From Chlorobiota bacterium (GTDB lineage Bacteria; Bacteroidota; Ignavibacteria; Kapaibacteriales; NICIL-2), in the NCBI GenBank assembly GCA_044224515.1, contig JBGAKH010000014.1, forward strand, positions 12,722 through 76,721: a DNA stretch of 64,000 bases, in the 5' to 3' direction. The notes under the pieces are model-generated. The model searched no databases, had not been told where the DNA came from, and worked only from the letters and a program-made list of their open reading frames with translations. Within the stretch, counting starts at the first letter, position 1. The number at the start of each line of letters is the position of its first letter. A program made the position numbers and the translations under genes. Shown piece by piece: positions 46,289 to 55,802 of the stretch.

Positions 46289-47464
46289 CTAGTTGGGAAG
46301 GCTACGAACGACTCGGAAGCCTATGCCGTAGTTCCGCAACTCGGGTTTCTTGTTAATTCTGCGTCCGGGTATTCTAATATCAATAGTGCCGCTAAAAGCG
46401 TTGCCTCCGCGAGCAACCTTCATGCCGGCTAGGTTCTTCTCCGAATTCGCAGGGTCATCTGAGCCTGATCGCTGATAAAAGGTTCCATCGAACCAGTCCC
46501 AGGTCCATTCCGCAACATTTCCAACGATGTCGTACAGACCTAGGGAGTTTGGAGCTTTTAATCCACAAGGATGGGTGCTTCCGCCCGAATTCAAACAATA
46601 CCAAGCGATCTCATCAACAACGCCTTCCAAGGTGTCGCCACTGAGACACTCCGCAAAGGAGCGCTGTTCTGCTCCGTTGTAAAAGTTGGTCGTGGTACCG
46701 GCACGTGCAAAGTACTCCCATTCCGCTTCCGTGGGTAGACGATAGCCATCGGCAGAGAAAAAGCATTGCACGGTATCACCGCGAATGGAGTAGGCAGGTG
46801 TGAAACCACTGCGAATGGATAAACGATTGCAAAAGTCAACAGCCTCATACCATGTAACCGATTCCGCCGGAAGGGAATCACCCTGAAACCATGCCGGACA
46901 CGTTGACATGATGCTATTCCACTCTGCCTGGTTGAGTTCGTATTGAGAGACCAAGAGTGGCCGCGTAATGCGAACGCTGTGCTGCGGCAGCTCGCTCGGA
47001 TCGATCAATCTGTTTGATCCCATACTGAAGCTGCCCGCTGCCACTCGCACCATTTTAGGACTCGGAAAAGTGTCTCGGATATTCACAAGCAGTGTAGATC
47101 GTGCACGTTCAGTGTCGTCGTTAGCATCTAAGACGCGCAGCATTACTGCAAACAAACCGACGCTTGAAAAGCTATGCCTCGCGACAGCAGAGTCACCGGA
47201 TCGAACACGTGTGCCGTCGTCGAAAATCCACTCATATCGTACCGGTATCGTTAGTCGCGAGTGCGTGCCTTGAAATCTGTACTCGACATTTGGCTTACCC
47301 TCGGTTCCACCATCAAGATTTGCGCTCAGTCGCAGAGATCGCACGTTGTGGAGCTCAACGGGATCCGTTATTGTACAACTCATCATCGTCGCACAGAATA
47401 GTACTGTACTAAACACTCTAAGCATGCTGCGGAGTTGCTTCACATGTTGGGTGATGATGCGCAT
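46289..47464 (-). CDS. Lipoprotein with PKD and FGE-sulfatase (SUMF1-like) domains
   Basis: TMMS-C lipobox-like; Y.W.FDDG...H.F...G.F.V.L.V (PKD); F.MGS, P.H.V, YRLPTEAEWEY.ARAG, PN..GLYD..GNV.EW.WD, RGG and GFR.VR. Start 47464 or 47425. Confidence 0.88.
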   Translation of the reverse strand: MRIITQHVKQLRSMLRVFSTVLFCATMMSCTITDPVELHNVRSLRLSANLDGGTEGKPNVEYRFQGTHSRLTIPVRYEWIFDDGTRVRSGDSAVARHSFSSVGLFAVMLRVLDANDDTERARSTLLVNIRDTFPSPKMVRVAAGSFSMGSNRLIDPSELPQHSVRITRPLLVSQYELNQAEWNSIMSTCPAWFQGDSLPAESVTWYEAVDFCNRLSIRSGFTPAYSIRGDTVQCFFSADGYRLPTEAEWEYFARAGTTTNFYNGAEQRSFAECLSGDTLEGVVDEIAWYCLNSGGSTHPCGLKAPNSLGLYDIVGNVAEWTWDWFDGTFYQRSGSDDPANSEKNLAGMKVARGGNAFSGTIDIRIPGRRINKKPELRNYGIGFRVVRSLPN

Positions 47465-47719
47465 TGCACTACGGTACCGTTTACTAGATGACTTAAAAAG
47501 TTGCTTAGGCTCTCCACGTGTCTGCACAGGGATAAAGCTCGACCCTACCATCCAAAAATTACGATACGGCACGTCAACCACAGCGGGGAATTCGAGACAA
47601 GCTTTCGTGGTATACACGCGGCCATGAGCGACTACTTAAAACTGCGTCTTGCCATCGTGTTTCTCCTGGCTTAGAGGCTCTTCCTTGCATCCATTCTTCA
47701 TGCCGAGTTGCGCAAGGTG

Positions 47720-47750
47720 AAAAAAAAGCACCGAGCGAAGCTCGGTGCTT
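47720..47750 (-). terminator. Intrinsic terminator after the DUF1800-DUF1501 pair
   Basis: Stem GCACCGAGC/GCTCGGTGC followed on the minus strand by a T8 tract. Confidence 0.85.
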
Positions 47751-47836
47751 GATAAAAAGACTCTGTTTGGACCTGCCCGGTACTGAGCAATTGATTGTGC
47801 GCCGTATCACGCAAAGGAACGCACTCTATTCCTCTG

Positions 47837-49477
47837 CTATCGTAGAACCGTAATTCCTTGTTCCAATACTTGTCTGCCGGCGCGAACGATGCAGAAGTAG
47901 CTGCCACTTTGTTCGATGGTGGCAGGGATCGAGTACTGTCCCGGCAGCAGCCAACCTTTGTGCACACTGAGAACAGATTGACCCCTGGTGTTGAAGATGT
48001 CAATACGTATATCGGAAGCTTGCGCCAGTTCAAAGCTCAATGTGACCTCACCACTCGTGCTTGGGTTAGGACTGACCCGAAGTGCTGAGTTACCCATGCC
48101 ATCAAACACATCTTTGACACCTGTTTCGTGACGAATAATGACCTTCGAGGGAGATATAGTCTCATTGTCACGCAATTGCAGAATGGAGCGCATGTCGTCT
48201 TCGCTGGTCATAAACCAGTTTTGTAGGACAGCCGCGTAGACAGTGCGGTAATCATTTTGATACACCACGTCACCGTCTTTATCGACGCCACTGAGATCCG
48301 GTGCATTGCCATAGCGAGAGGATTGCACATTGTATCCATCGCCAAACACAAACTGCACACCGGCTGCACCGTGATCTGTACCACGTGAGCCGTTTTCATA
48401 AGGGCGACGTCCAAACTCTGAAACGGTCATTCCAACAACTCGCTTCGCGAACTGTTGTTGTTCTGCATCGTGCATAAACATGGCGATACCGTTTGCCAGT
48501 TGAGCGAGAAGGGAAGGGTGCCCGCCTTGTGTGACATCGGGTGACTCTTGTTGTTGCACGTGAGTGTCGAAACCGCTCATGCTGAGCATGTACACTTTAG
48601 ATTTCAACCCTCCGGAGATCAAGCGAGCCACGAGTCCAAGCTGCGCTGCCAGACCACTCTTGCCGTACGCAACTTTGTTTACTCCTTTGTTGTAAGCATC
48701 CAAAACAATCTGTGAGTATGAGTCGCTTTGTTTGGCGATAGAGCGAATAAAGTTGAACTCATCAGCGTAGGCCGTGCCGTCGTTGACAGGATCTTCATCC
48801 GGGCTCAGGCCTTGTCCAAGTTCAAAGAACTTTTGGGGATCGGTGAGCGCTATACCCATGTCGCCCTTCTTCGATTGAAACAGCAACGACAAGCTTCCGC
48901 CAATCTGCACACATAGAGGATGTGCCGGCAGCGTATTCGGAAAATCGGGAAGCGCCTTCTCAAAATAACGGGCGATCCATCCATCGTCGAGACGGACCGA
49001 GTCGTTTGCCGGATTGATTCCGGAGAGCCAGATATCAGTCGATCGGAAGTGGGATAGGTTCGGTTGTTCATAGCCCACATCTTGGATGACGGCAAGGCGA
49101 CCACTCATCATGAGTTCTCCGAAGCCACCATTAGCGCCCGGTTTGCCGGTAGACGCTTGGTAGGCATTCTTAACGAGTGATGGATGGAAGTACATATCTG
49201 TACTCAGGTACTGCCAAGCTTGATTGGGGGGCACGTTAATGGTCGGGCGAATCTTGTAATAGGTATCGTTGGCAATTGGGATAACCGTGTTGAGGGCATC
49301 GTTGCCGCCAAAGAGTTGAATGACAATGAGGATGTTGTCGTTCGAATCCAACACGTCCGGCGCGAAGGAAAAAATCGGAGAGTTTGCGCGAACGTTTATT
49401 CCTGCAATGAGTTGAGGTGTTGCAGCTGCCAGAGTAGTGGCAGCAACGCTGTGCTTAAGAAAACTGCGACGTTTCAT
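47837..49477 (-). CDS. DUF1501 protein with a Tat-like signal and a T9SS type A sorting domain
   Basis: MKRRSFLK; QL.GGND.LNTVIP, PN.SHFRSTDIW, GFDTH, SEFGRR..ENGS.GTDHG; C-terminal VSPNP...IDIFN..GQ...SGSYF...VLR. Confidence 0.92.
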   Translation of the reverse strand: MKRRSFLKHSVAATTLAAATPQLIAGINVRANSPIFSFAPDVLDSNDNILIVIQLFGGNDALNTVIPIANDTYYKIRPTINVPPNQAWQYLSTDMYFHPSLVKNAYQASTGKPGANGGFGELMMSGRLAVIQDVGYEQPNLSHFRSTDIWLSGINPANDSVRLDDGWIARYFEKALPDFPNTLPAHPLCVQIGGSLSLLFQSKKGDMGIALTDPQKFFELGQGLSPDEDPVNDGTAYADEFNFIRSIAKQSDSYSQIVLDAYNKGVNKVAYGKSGLAAQLGLVARLISGGLKSKVYMLSMSGFDTHVQQQESPDVTQGGHPSLLAQLANGIAMFMHDAEQQQFAKRVVGMTVSEFGRRPYENGSRGTDHGAAGVQFVFGDGYNVQSSRYGNAPDLSGVDKDGDVVYQNDYRTVYAAVLQNWFMTSEDDMRSILQLRDNETISPSKVIIRHETGVKDVFDGMGNSALRVSPNPSTSGEVTLSFELAQASDIRIDIFNTRGQSVLSVHKGWLLPGQYSIPATIEQSGSYFCIVRAGRQVLEQGITVLR

Positions 49478-49528
49478 GGAATTTCTTTCGTAATTGTTTG
49501 TGTTCTTCTTCTGTGAGTGAGACCAAGC

Positions 49529-51124
49529 CTAGCACAAGTGAAAATCCGGTGCCTTGATCATGGCACTGAGAAGAGAGCGAATACGAACACCACAAGTAGC
49601 GGCATTGCTTACAATGCCATTCCACTCGTAGTCCTTTCCACCTGCCAAGAGCGTAGCGACGTACGCATCTTTGCGTTTTTGAACAATGTCTTTGGGTAAG
49701 AGGAAGGCACAGAGATTGTCAACAAACTTGTACACATCGTTGTTGTCAGCGATCTGCTGTACAAACTTCTGAACATCAGTGTCGCTCATTGATGTAATGA
49801 TGTCACGTCCAAATTTTAAACGCAAAGGATAACTCTTTGTATTTACCCAATTGCGGTAGCCCGGCCATCCGGCCACGTTCGGCGGATCCATGAGGTCCTG
49901 CTCCATCGTTCGCATACTTGCTTTGGTAACATCGGAGCTCGATGCGGTGTTTGTGGGAAGCGCGACACCAAGTTGACGTGCCAGGCCAACAGCAAACTCG
50001 GCGGGTGTTTTAATCTGCACTCCACGATTTGCAGCATCATAAAAATGAGCACTTGAAAGCAGGGCCCGAAGCAGAGGTTTTACATCATAGTTGTTCTGTT
50101 GGAAGATGCCACGCATTTCTGCAATCACAGCATCGTCGGAAGCACTCGGATTTGAATAGACGAAGTAGCGGTAAAGTTTGCGACTTATGAAGTTGGCAAT
50201 GGCATCGCTACGATAGTTGAAGAGAATATTGATGATGCCGCGGACTTCTTCATTTCGTACTTGAAACTCGGTGTTGTCCGCGTCTGCACGAGCCGCTATT
50301 GTTTGCGCCATGAATTGCTTAGCCTGCACGTCGTGATCTTTGGGCTCAAAGAACGAATTGAATATCCCGTTCTTCGCGGGCGCATCTGAGAACACAGCCG
50401 CCTTCCAGCCCGTGAGAACGCGAGCTGCGTTCTTTACATCGCCTTCGGTATACTGTCCGATTCCGCACGAAAAGAGCTCCATCATCTCACGAGCATAATT
50501 CTCGTTGGCTGTTCCTTTCACATTGAGGACACCGCCGAGATAGAGCAACATTGCGCAATCGAGGCTAACAGTTTCCAGAAAGTTCTTGAAGTTGGACAGA
50601 CGATTTTGACGCAGCATCACGTTTTGATGATACAAGGCTTGGGGTGGGATGAAGCCCTGATCATAGGTATACTCGCTCGTGAAGTGTCCGCTCCAAAAGA
50701 GTGTCAGTTTTTCACGAAGGACTCCGCTCTCGCTGCGCATTTGCTCAGCCCACCAAAGTTGGAGTTGGGCAAAATTCGTATTCCACTTTCCTTCCAACGC
50801 CCCGCGCGAGATGATATCGAGGTATGCAGGGTTTTCGTCTGCGATGTCAACCCACGCCCCCGGTGTGGACGAGGCTGCTTCGTTTCCTGTACCCAGGATT
50901 GCGTCTGCTGCCTCAGTTGCCGATTTTCCAACCAGTGCCGTAGCGGCACTCATGGTTGGTGCAAAGCTCATTCGACGCAATACGTGAAAGGCATCATTCA
51001 GTGTCAATGGCGTTGCATAGGCTTCCAAGCCGGAAGCGATATGCGCTCGTTCGGAACCTTCGGGCTGGTCGGCACGAAAAGTGCTCCCCTGGGTGAGCAG
51101 GTTGAAGAAACTTCGACGGTGCAT
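49529..51124 (-). CDS. DUF1800 protein
   Basis: H.LRR..F, LREKLTLFW..HF, ML.YL, NENYARE.MELF..G....Y.E.DV...AR..TGW, K.P.EF and PPNV.GW; AGGAGG RBS; N-terminal RRSFF. Confidence 0.93.
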   Translation of the reverse strand: MHRRSFFNLLTQGSTFRADQPEGSERAHIASGLEAYATPLTLNDAFHVLRRMSFAPTMSAATALVGKSATEAADAILGTGNEAASSTPGAWVDIADENPAYLDIISRGALEGKWNTNFAQLQLWWAEQMRSESGVLREKLTLFWSGHFTSEYTYDQGFIPPQALYHQNVMLRQNRLSNFKNFLETVSLDCAMLLYLGGVLNVKGTANENYAREMMELFSCGIGQYTEGDVKNAARVLTGWKAAVFSDAPAKNGIFNSFFEPKDHDVQAKQFMAQTIAARADADNTEFQVRNEEVRGIINILFNYRSDAIANFISRKLYRYFVYSNPSASDDAVIAEMRGIFQQNNYDVKPLLRALLSSAHFYDAANRGVQIKTPAEFAVGLARQLGVALPTNTASSSDVTKASMRTMEQDLMDPPNVAGWPGYRNWVNTKSYPLRLKFGRDIITSMSDTDVQKFVQQIADNNDVYKFVDNLCAFLLPKDIVQKRKDAYVATLLAGGKDYEWNGIVSNAATCGVRIRSLLSAMIKAPDFHLC

Positions 51125-51147
51125 AAAACCTCCTAGTGATAATGGTT

Positions 51148-51168
51148 CATGCAGCCTTCGGCTGCATG
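51148..51168. other. Stable hairpin immediately after the ompA stop, without a U-tract
   Basis: CATGCAGCC-TTC-GGCTGCATG perfect stem between ompA and DUF1800. Confidence 0.6.
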
Positions 51169-53205
51169 CTATGGCTTCGTAATTGGTGTTTGAACCACGA
51201 TGGACACGGTCCGACAGTAATATCGTCCTTCAGGCAATGAGTTGTCGTACTTCAACTGCGATGCTCCAATGCCTTCGCATTTCTGTATACGAGCAGCTGC
51301 ATTGAGTGTGAGCAAGAAGTTCTTGGCCTCATCCGCTCTACTCTGCGACAGAGTCTTATTATACTTTTGCTCACCCAAACGATCGGTACTTCCTGTAATA
51401 CTCACTTGCGAATTCTCCTTCATGGCATCCTTGATGAAGGTTTGCATCATGGTACGATTCGTCTGGTTGATATCGGAACGATCGAAGTCGAAAACGATGA
51501 GACTGAGTCGGCTGAGCTCAAATTGATTCAGTGACTTGACAATTGGAAAGCGACACGAGGCACTAACGGTCGATCCATCGAGCTGCAAGACATCAAGACG
51601 TCCATCGACACTGTCCTGCGCTGCGATTTCACGTCCGATAGCTACCAACACGCTTGAGTCAACGCTGAATGGGATGGTTGAAGGCAACGTACCGCCTCCC
51701 GACAATCGGGAAACCTGAGAGTTCTTTCGCATTGATGCGTCCCAGTTTTGCGCCTGTTCGGGACGCAGTGCTTTCACTGCAAACACTTGTTTAGACTGAA
51801 CCGGAGTGTATTCCATAAATCGGGCGTGAACCACGGGCGCTAACAACGCAGACTCACTTGATTGGAGTTCTACGCGACGATTCTCTTCCAAGCCTTCGAA
51901 ATACTGCGGGTTCGACGCCAACTGCGGTATGTCCTGAACTGAAGTCCGAAGTCGCGACTCATCGATATTCCAGATCGACGTCAAGTAGTTCTTTACCGAG
52001 GCTGCTCGTGCTTCGGCAAGAACGCGACGCTGACCTAGGTTGTTAAGCTCACGACCATCACTGGTCCCAATGATATTCAGCGTTGCATCGGGGTGTTCAA
52101 GCATACGCTTGGCAATGATATCCAATACGTGGTAGTAAATCGCCAGGGTGTTTTTCACAAGTTTCTTCTCATGAAACTGCGTAGGGTCAACCGCAGCCAG
52201 ATAGCGTTCTCGGAGAACACTTGAGCTGCTGTCGAAGAAGATATATGGTAGCAACGGATAGGTTTCGGTTACTACGGTTTCTTGGACTTCCAATGGATTT
52301 GTCTGGAACGCTTCAATGATCAGCGGTTTAGGTGCAGCACTTACAACCGGCGTGGGTTCTGTTTTCACAGGTGGAGGTGGCTCGGGCGCCGGCGGCTTCG
52401 GCTCGTCTTCAACAGCTCCATAGCGAATATTGACGGCTGCATAAAACGAAGACACACGCCAATCTTGGTCGCTCAATACCGAGTTGAGACCACGGCGGTA
52501 GCCCGCTTCGACGTCGAAAAAAGTCGAGCGACTGAGTTGCAATTCGTAGCCCACGGCGGCATTGATTCCGAATGCTGTTCCGGCTTCGATGAGTGTTCCG
52601 GTGCTGATGATGTGCTTGAGTGTTCCATCAGGAAACAGACGTGTCCTCGGTTGAATAACTTCTTCCGTTTGTTCGTAGCGGGTGCCGAAAATAGGGTCAC
52701 CGGCATCGGCGGAAGCTCGCACATACATTGGAATGTCCAAACCAATGGCCTCAAAGGGATTCAGGCGCACGCCTAGGTCGATGCTAAGATAGCGCAGACT
52801 TGCGGTGAAGACGTTTTCTCGGATATAGGGTACATCATATCCCAGCTGATCATCGTAGGCGCGCAATCCGTTGTCGCTTTGCATAGTCAGCGTTGCCGGA
52901 CGTTCTGAAAACAGCAGGCGAGCAGAGGCCTGGAAATAGGGCAGAATCGGATACTCGTAGGTCAAGCCGGCGAACAAACCAAGCGCATCACCGTTGCTGA
53001 ATTGTCCACACACGGAAGAACCGGGATACACATCCAGGGTCGTCTTATTTGATAAGAGATGCATTCCGGCGATTACGCCATAGTAGTTTTCCGGACCACG
53101 TGTCGACGGTGTTTCTACATCTTGTGCGCACAGAATAGTCGTCTGAATGAGCAGCACAAGTACGCTAAGATAACTTAAGCTATGAAGGAGAACTCTGCGC
53201 GTCAT
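51169..53205 (-). CDS. OmpA-family protein: N-terminal beta-barrel, Pro linker, two OmpA-like domains
   Basis: Signal peptide; barrel ending AVNIRYG; PKPPAPEPPPP; YIFFD...ARA..VK.YL...NRRVE; FDFD...ITG.TD..G....N..LS..RA...EGR...R.V. Confidence 0.88.
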   Translation of the reverse strand: MTRRVLLHSLSYLSVLVLLIQTTILCAQDVETPSTRGPENYYGVIAGMHLLSNKTTLDVYPGSSVCGQFSNGDALGLFAGLTYEYPILPYFQASARLLFSERPATLTMQSDNGLRAYDDQLGYDVPYIRENVFTASLRYLSIDLGVRLNPFEAIGLDIPMYVRASADAGDPIFGTRYEQTEEVIQPRTRLFPDGTLKHIISTGTLIEAGTAFGINAAVGYELQLSRSTFFDVEAGYRRGLNSVLSDQDWRVSSFYAAVNIRYGAVEDEPKPPAPEPPPPVKTEPTPVVSAAPKPLIIEAFQTNPLEVQETVVTETYPLLPYIFFDSSSSVLRERYLAAVDPTQFHEKKLVKNTLAIYYHVLDIIAKRMLEHPDATLNIIGTSDGRELNNLGQRRVLAEARAASVKNYLTSIWNIDESRLRTSVQDIPQLASNPQYFEGLEENRRVELQSSESALLAPVVHARFMEYTPVQSKQVFAVKALRPEQAQNWDASMRKNSQVSRLSGGGTLPSTIPFSVDSSVLVAIGREIAAQDSVDGRLDVLQLDGSTVSASCRFPIVKSLNQFELSRLSLIVFDFDRSDINQTNRTMMQTFIKDAMKENSQVSITGSTDRLGEQKYNKTLSQSRADEAKNFLLTLNAAARIQKCEGIGASQLKYDNSLPEGRYYCRTVSIVVQTPITKP

Positions 53206-53843
53206 TCGTGTGGAGGTGGAAACTCGGTGAAGGTGAAAGCGCTCTGCTGCTGAATAGTCGTTATCGAGTGAGACCGCTGGTTGAAATATAGGTACTACAA
53301 GCGGTTTTCTCCAGCTATTTTTGATATGCAGATCAAATTGTTTTGAATGCGTAAGACAGACTCCGTCAAGTAGCTAAGACAGTGTCTGACCTAGGACCGT
53401 CAAGCCACGTCTACGTGTCTTTTTCAGCCTTCGTGAAAGCCCCTGCGCTACGAGCAATCACACGCTTAGTCGGGGGCTTCAATCGTAGGTAGAGCTCGTC
53501 TTAGGATCGAAGCGGCAGGCTCGTTTTCCCCAACTTTATGAACGGCGCTTATGCTGCCGGCCATCGAAGTGACAGGACTGCTCGATCTGCAGACTGACGC
53601 AGACTCAATGATCTTGATTCATGCTTAAGAGAAACGTCGGTTCTTGACTCGGAGTCTTTTGAGCGCGACCTGTACGTATGGAGTCTCTACAACGTTGTTC
53701 TGCACCAATCCGCAGAGTAACACGTTTCGATGCCAAGTGTGAGGGAAGCGTGTCTGTTACATTGTAGTACACAACGGAGCCGTCAACTCAACTCCATATA
53801 GCATTGCAGAGCGGACGCAAACGATTCACCACTTAGACTACCT

Positions 53844-54575
53844 ATGAACATAGCACTTGTGACCGGAGCCAATAAGGGTATTGGACTACAGCTTTCGCGA
53901 GAATTGGGACAGCGATCCTTTCATGTTTTGATGGGGGCACGTGATAAAGGACGTGGAATGAGCGCTGCACAAGAGCTAAGGGATGAAAGTTTGTCCGTTG
54001 AATTTGTTGAGCTCGACATGGAACAGCCGGCACATTTTCGTCGTGTAACCTCTCTCATCGCTGAACGTTTTGGCAAACTCGATGTGCTCATCAACAATGC
54101 GGGTGTGCAGATTGAATCTGATGAGTGGAACGTAAACACCTGCACGGATATCTCGATGGAAGTGCTTCGTCGGACCATGGATATCAACTTCTTTGGTATG
54201 GTTGAACTCACACAACAGCTTTTACCCTTGCTCAAAGCCGCTCCTGCGGCACGCATCGTCAATGTGAGTAGTATTCTTGGCTCACTCCGTATGCAGGCAA
54301 CCCCGGGTTCCAATACGTGGTCCACAAAAACATTTGCGTACAACACGTCCAAAGCGGCTGTTAACAGCTTCACGATTCATCTGGCGCATGCCTTGCGCGA
54401 CACCGCAATCAAGGTGAATTCAGCACATCCGGGCTGGGTTAAAACCGATATGGGAGGTAAGGGCGCAAGTTTAAGTCTCGAAAAAGGTGCATACACACCC
54501 TTAAAACTCGCCTTGATTGATGAGACCGGTCCCACGGGCAGCTACATGTTCGAAGATAAAATCTTAGACTGGTAG
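53844..54575 (+). CDS. Short-chain dehydrogenase/reductase (carbonyl reductase-like)
   Basis: TGANKGIG, LINNAG, NVSS, YNTSK and HPGWVKTDMGG. Confidence 0.95.
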   Translation: MNIALVTGANKGIGLQLSRELGQRSFHVLMGARDKGRGMSAAQELRDESLSVEFVELDMEQPAHFRRVTSLIAERFGKLDVLINNAGVQIESDEWNVNTCTDISMEVLRRTMDINFFGMVELTQQLLPLLKAAPAARIVNVSSILGSLRMQATPGSNTWSTKTFAYNTSKAAVNSFTIHLAHALRDTAIKVNSAHPGWVKTDMGGKGASLSLEKGAYTPLKLALIDETGPTGSYMFEDKILDW

Positions 54576-54709
54576 ATTCGTTGTATGTGCATGTGCGCGC
54601 TTCATGCATAGTAAACGGCAAGAGAAGCACTACTGAAACGGCGTTTCGGGTTATGACGTTGAGCAACGTCTTAGATTCTATCTTTATTAGGCCACCGATT
54701 TTTGTTTTC

Positions 54710-55624
54710 ATGATGACCGGATTTCTTTTGCACGCTGTTCTCTTGGTTCTGGGCATTAGCTATGCTTCGTGTCAGTCACGATCCGGGGAGCGGACAGAAG
54801 GAACTGCGCAAAAAAACGATAGCGCCAGGGCCGCAACGGAAGTCGAACATTCGAACAAGCATATGAATATGAACAGCGACTACACAGTGCATCTAAGCGA
54901 TCAGGAATACAGAGTACTGGCTGAAAAGGCGACCGATCGACCGGGCAACGGTGGGTATACCGACCTCTTTGAAGAGGGCGTGTACCACTGTCGCGCTTGC
55001 GGCACTGCCTTGTATAGCTCTTCAACAAAGTTTCACTCGGGTTGTGGTTGGCCGAGTTTCGACGCAGAACTGCCCGGTGCTGTTGAACGACATGTCGATC
55101 GGAGTGTCGGCATGGTTCGCACTGAAATCGTCTGCGCGACCTGCGGAGGCCATCTTGGACATGTTTTCGAAGGCGAACATTTTACGTCAACCAACACACG
55201 ACACTGTGTCAATACTTCTTCGCTCATATTTCATCCGAAGATCACGCAAAGCTTGATCTTAGCCGGGTTGGATGTAGACCAGGCTCAGTTTGAATTTCAG
55301 GTTCTCCCGGGTGTCTTGCAGACCGAGATAGGACTTGCGTCCCTCAAAAATGAGAGCGCAAAGCAGTCGGCGATCAAAGTCGTATTGGATCCGCGTTTGC
55401 TTAATGCAGAAGCTTTTGCTTCAAAGTTGTCGGATCTCAAACAGAACGGTCGTCTGAACGTTTCAACTCTTCAAAGCTATGCTACAGAGGCAGTTGCAGA
55501 GTTTCTACGTGGGCTGAGCGCTCGCTCTGTGTCCTGCACTACGAACGCGGAGGCTGACTTTCAGCCCTCGTCTATGCAAGAGCAGCACAAGAAGCTACGA
55601 GCATCCAGACCGGCTTCCCGTTAA
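54710..55624 (+). CDS. msrB: Exported methionine-R-sulfoxide reductase MsrB fused to a degenerate MsrA-like domain
   Basis: Signal/lipobox-like YAS-C; G.Y.CRAC, KF.SGCGWPSF, RTEI.CATC.GHLGHVF.GE and RHCVN; about 125-aa C-terminal domain. Confidence 0.9.
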   Translation: MMTGFLLHAVLLVLGISYASCQSRSGERTEGTAQKNDSARAATEVEHSNKHMNMNSDYTVHLSDQEYRVLAEKATDRPGNGGYTDLFEEGVYHCRACGTALYSSSTKFHSGCGWPSFDAELPGAVERHVDRSVGMVRTEIVCATCGGHLGHVFEGEHFTSTNTRHCVNTSSLIFHPKITQSLILAGLDVDQAQFEFQVLPGVLQTEIGLASLKNESAKQSAIKVVLDPRLLNAEAFASKLSDLKQNGRLNVSTLQSYATEAVAEFLRGLSARSVSCTTNAEADFQPSSMQEQHKKLRASRPASR

Positions 55625-55802
55625 AGTGCTCTGCCGCGACTCTCAGCTCTGAAACTTTTGAGTTTGATCATGGGTCAGATTCCCGGCGCTCATACGTGTT
55701 AACTGAAAATTTCGTTGATTGAGGCAGTGCCGATTCGGGCGCGTAAAGGGGCGGAGACGTTCCAAACCCGACAATGCGATGTACTAAACCAATTGATCTG
55801 TT

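Noticed and set aside
46289-46500. FGE/C-type-lectin C-terminus as a diversity-generating retroelement target
   Set aside because: I saw no reverse transcriptase and no template-repeat copy of this segment in the window.
46289-49477. FGE protein as the maturase of DUF1501 in one operon
   Set aside because: A strong terminator at 47720-47750 separates them, and the FGE domain lacks catalytic cysteines.
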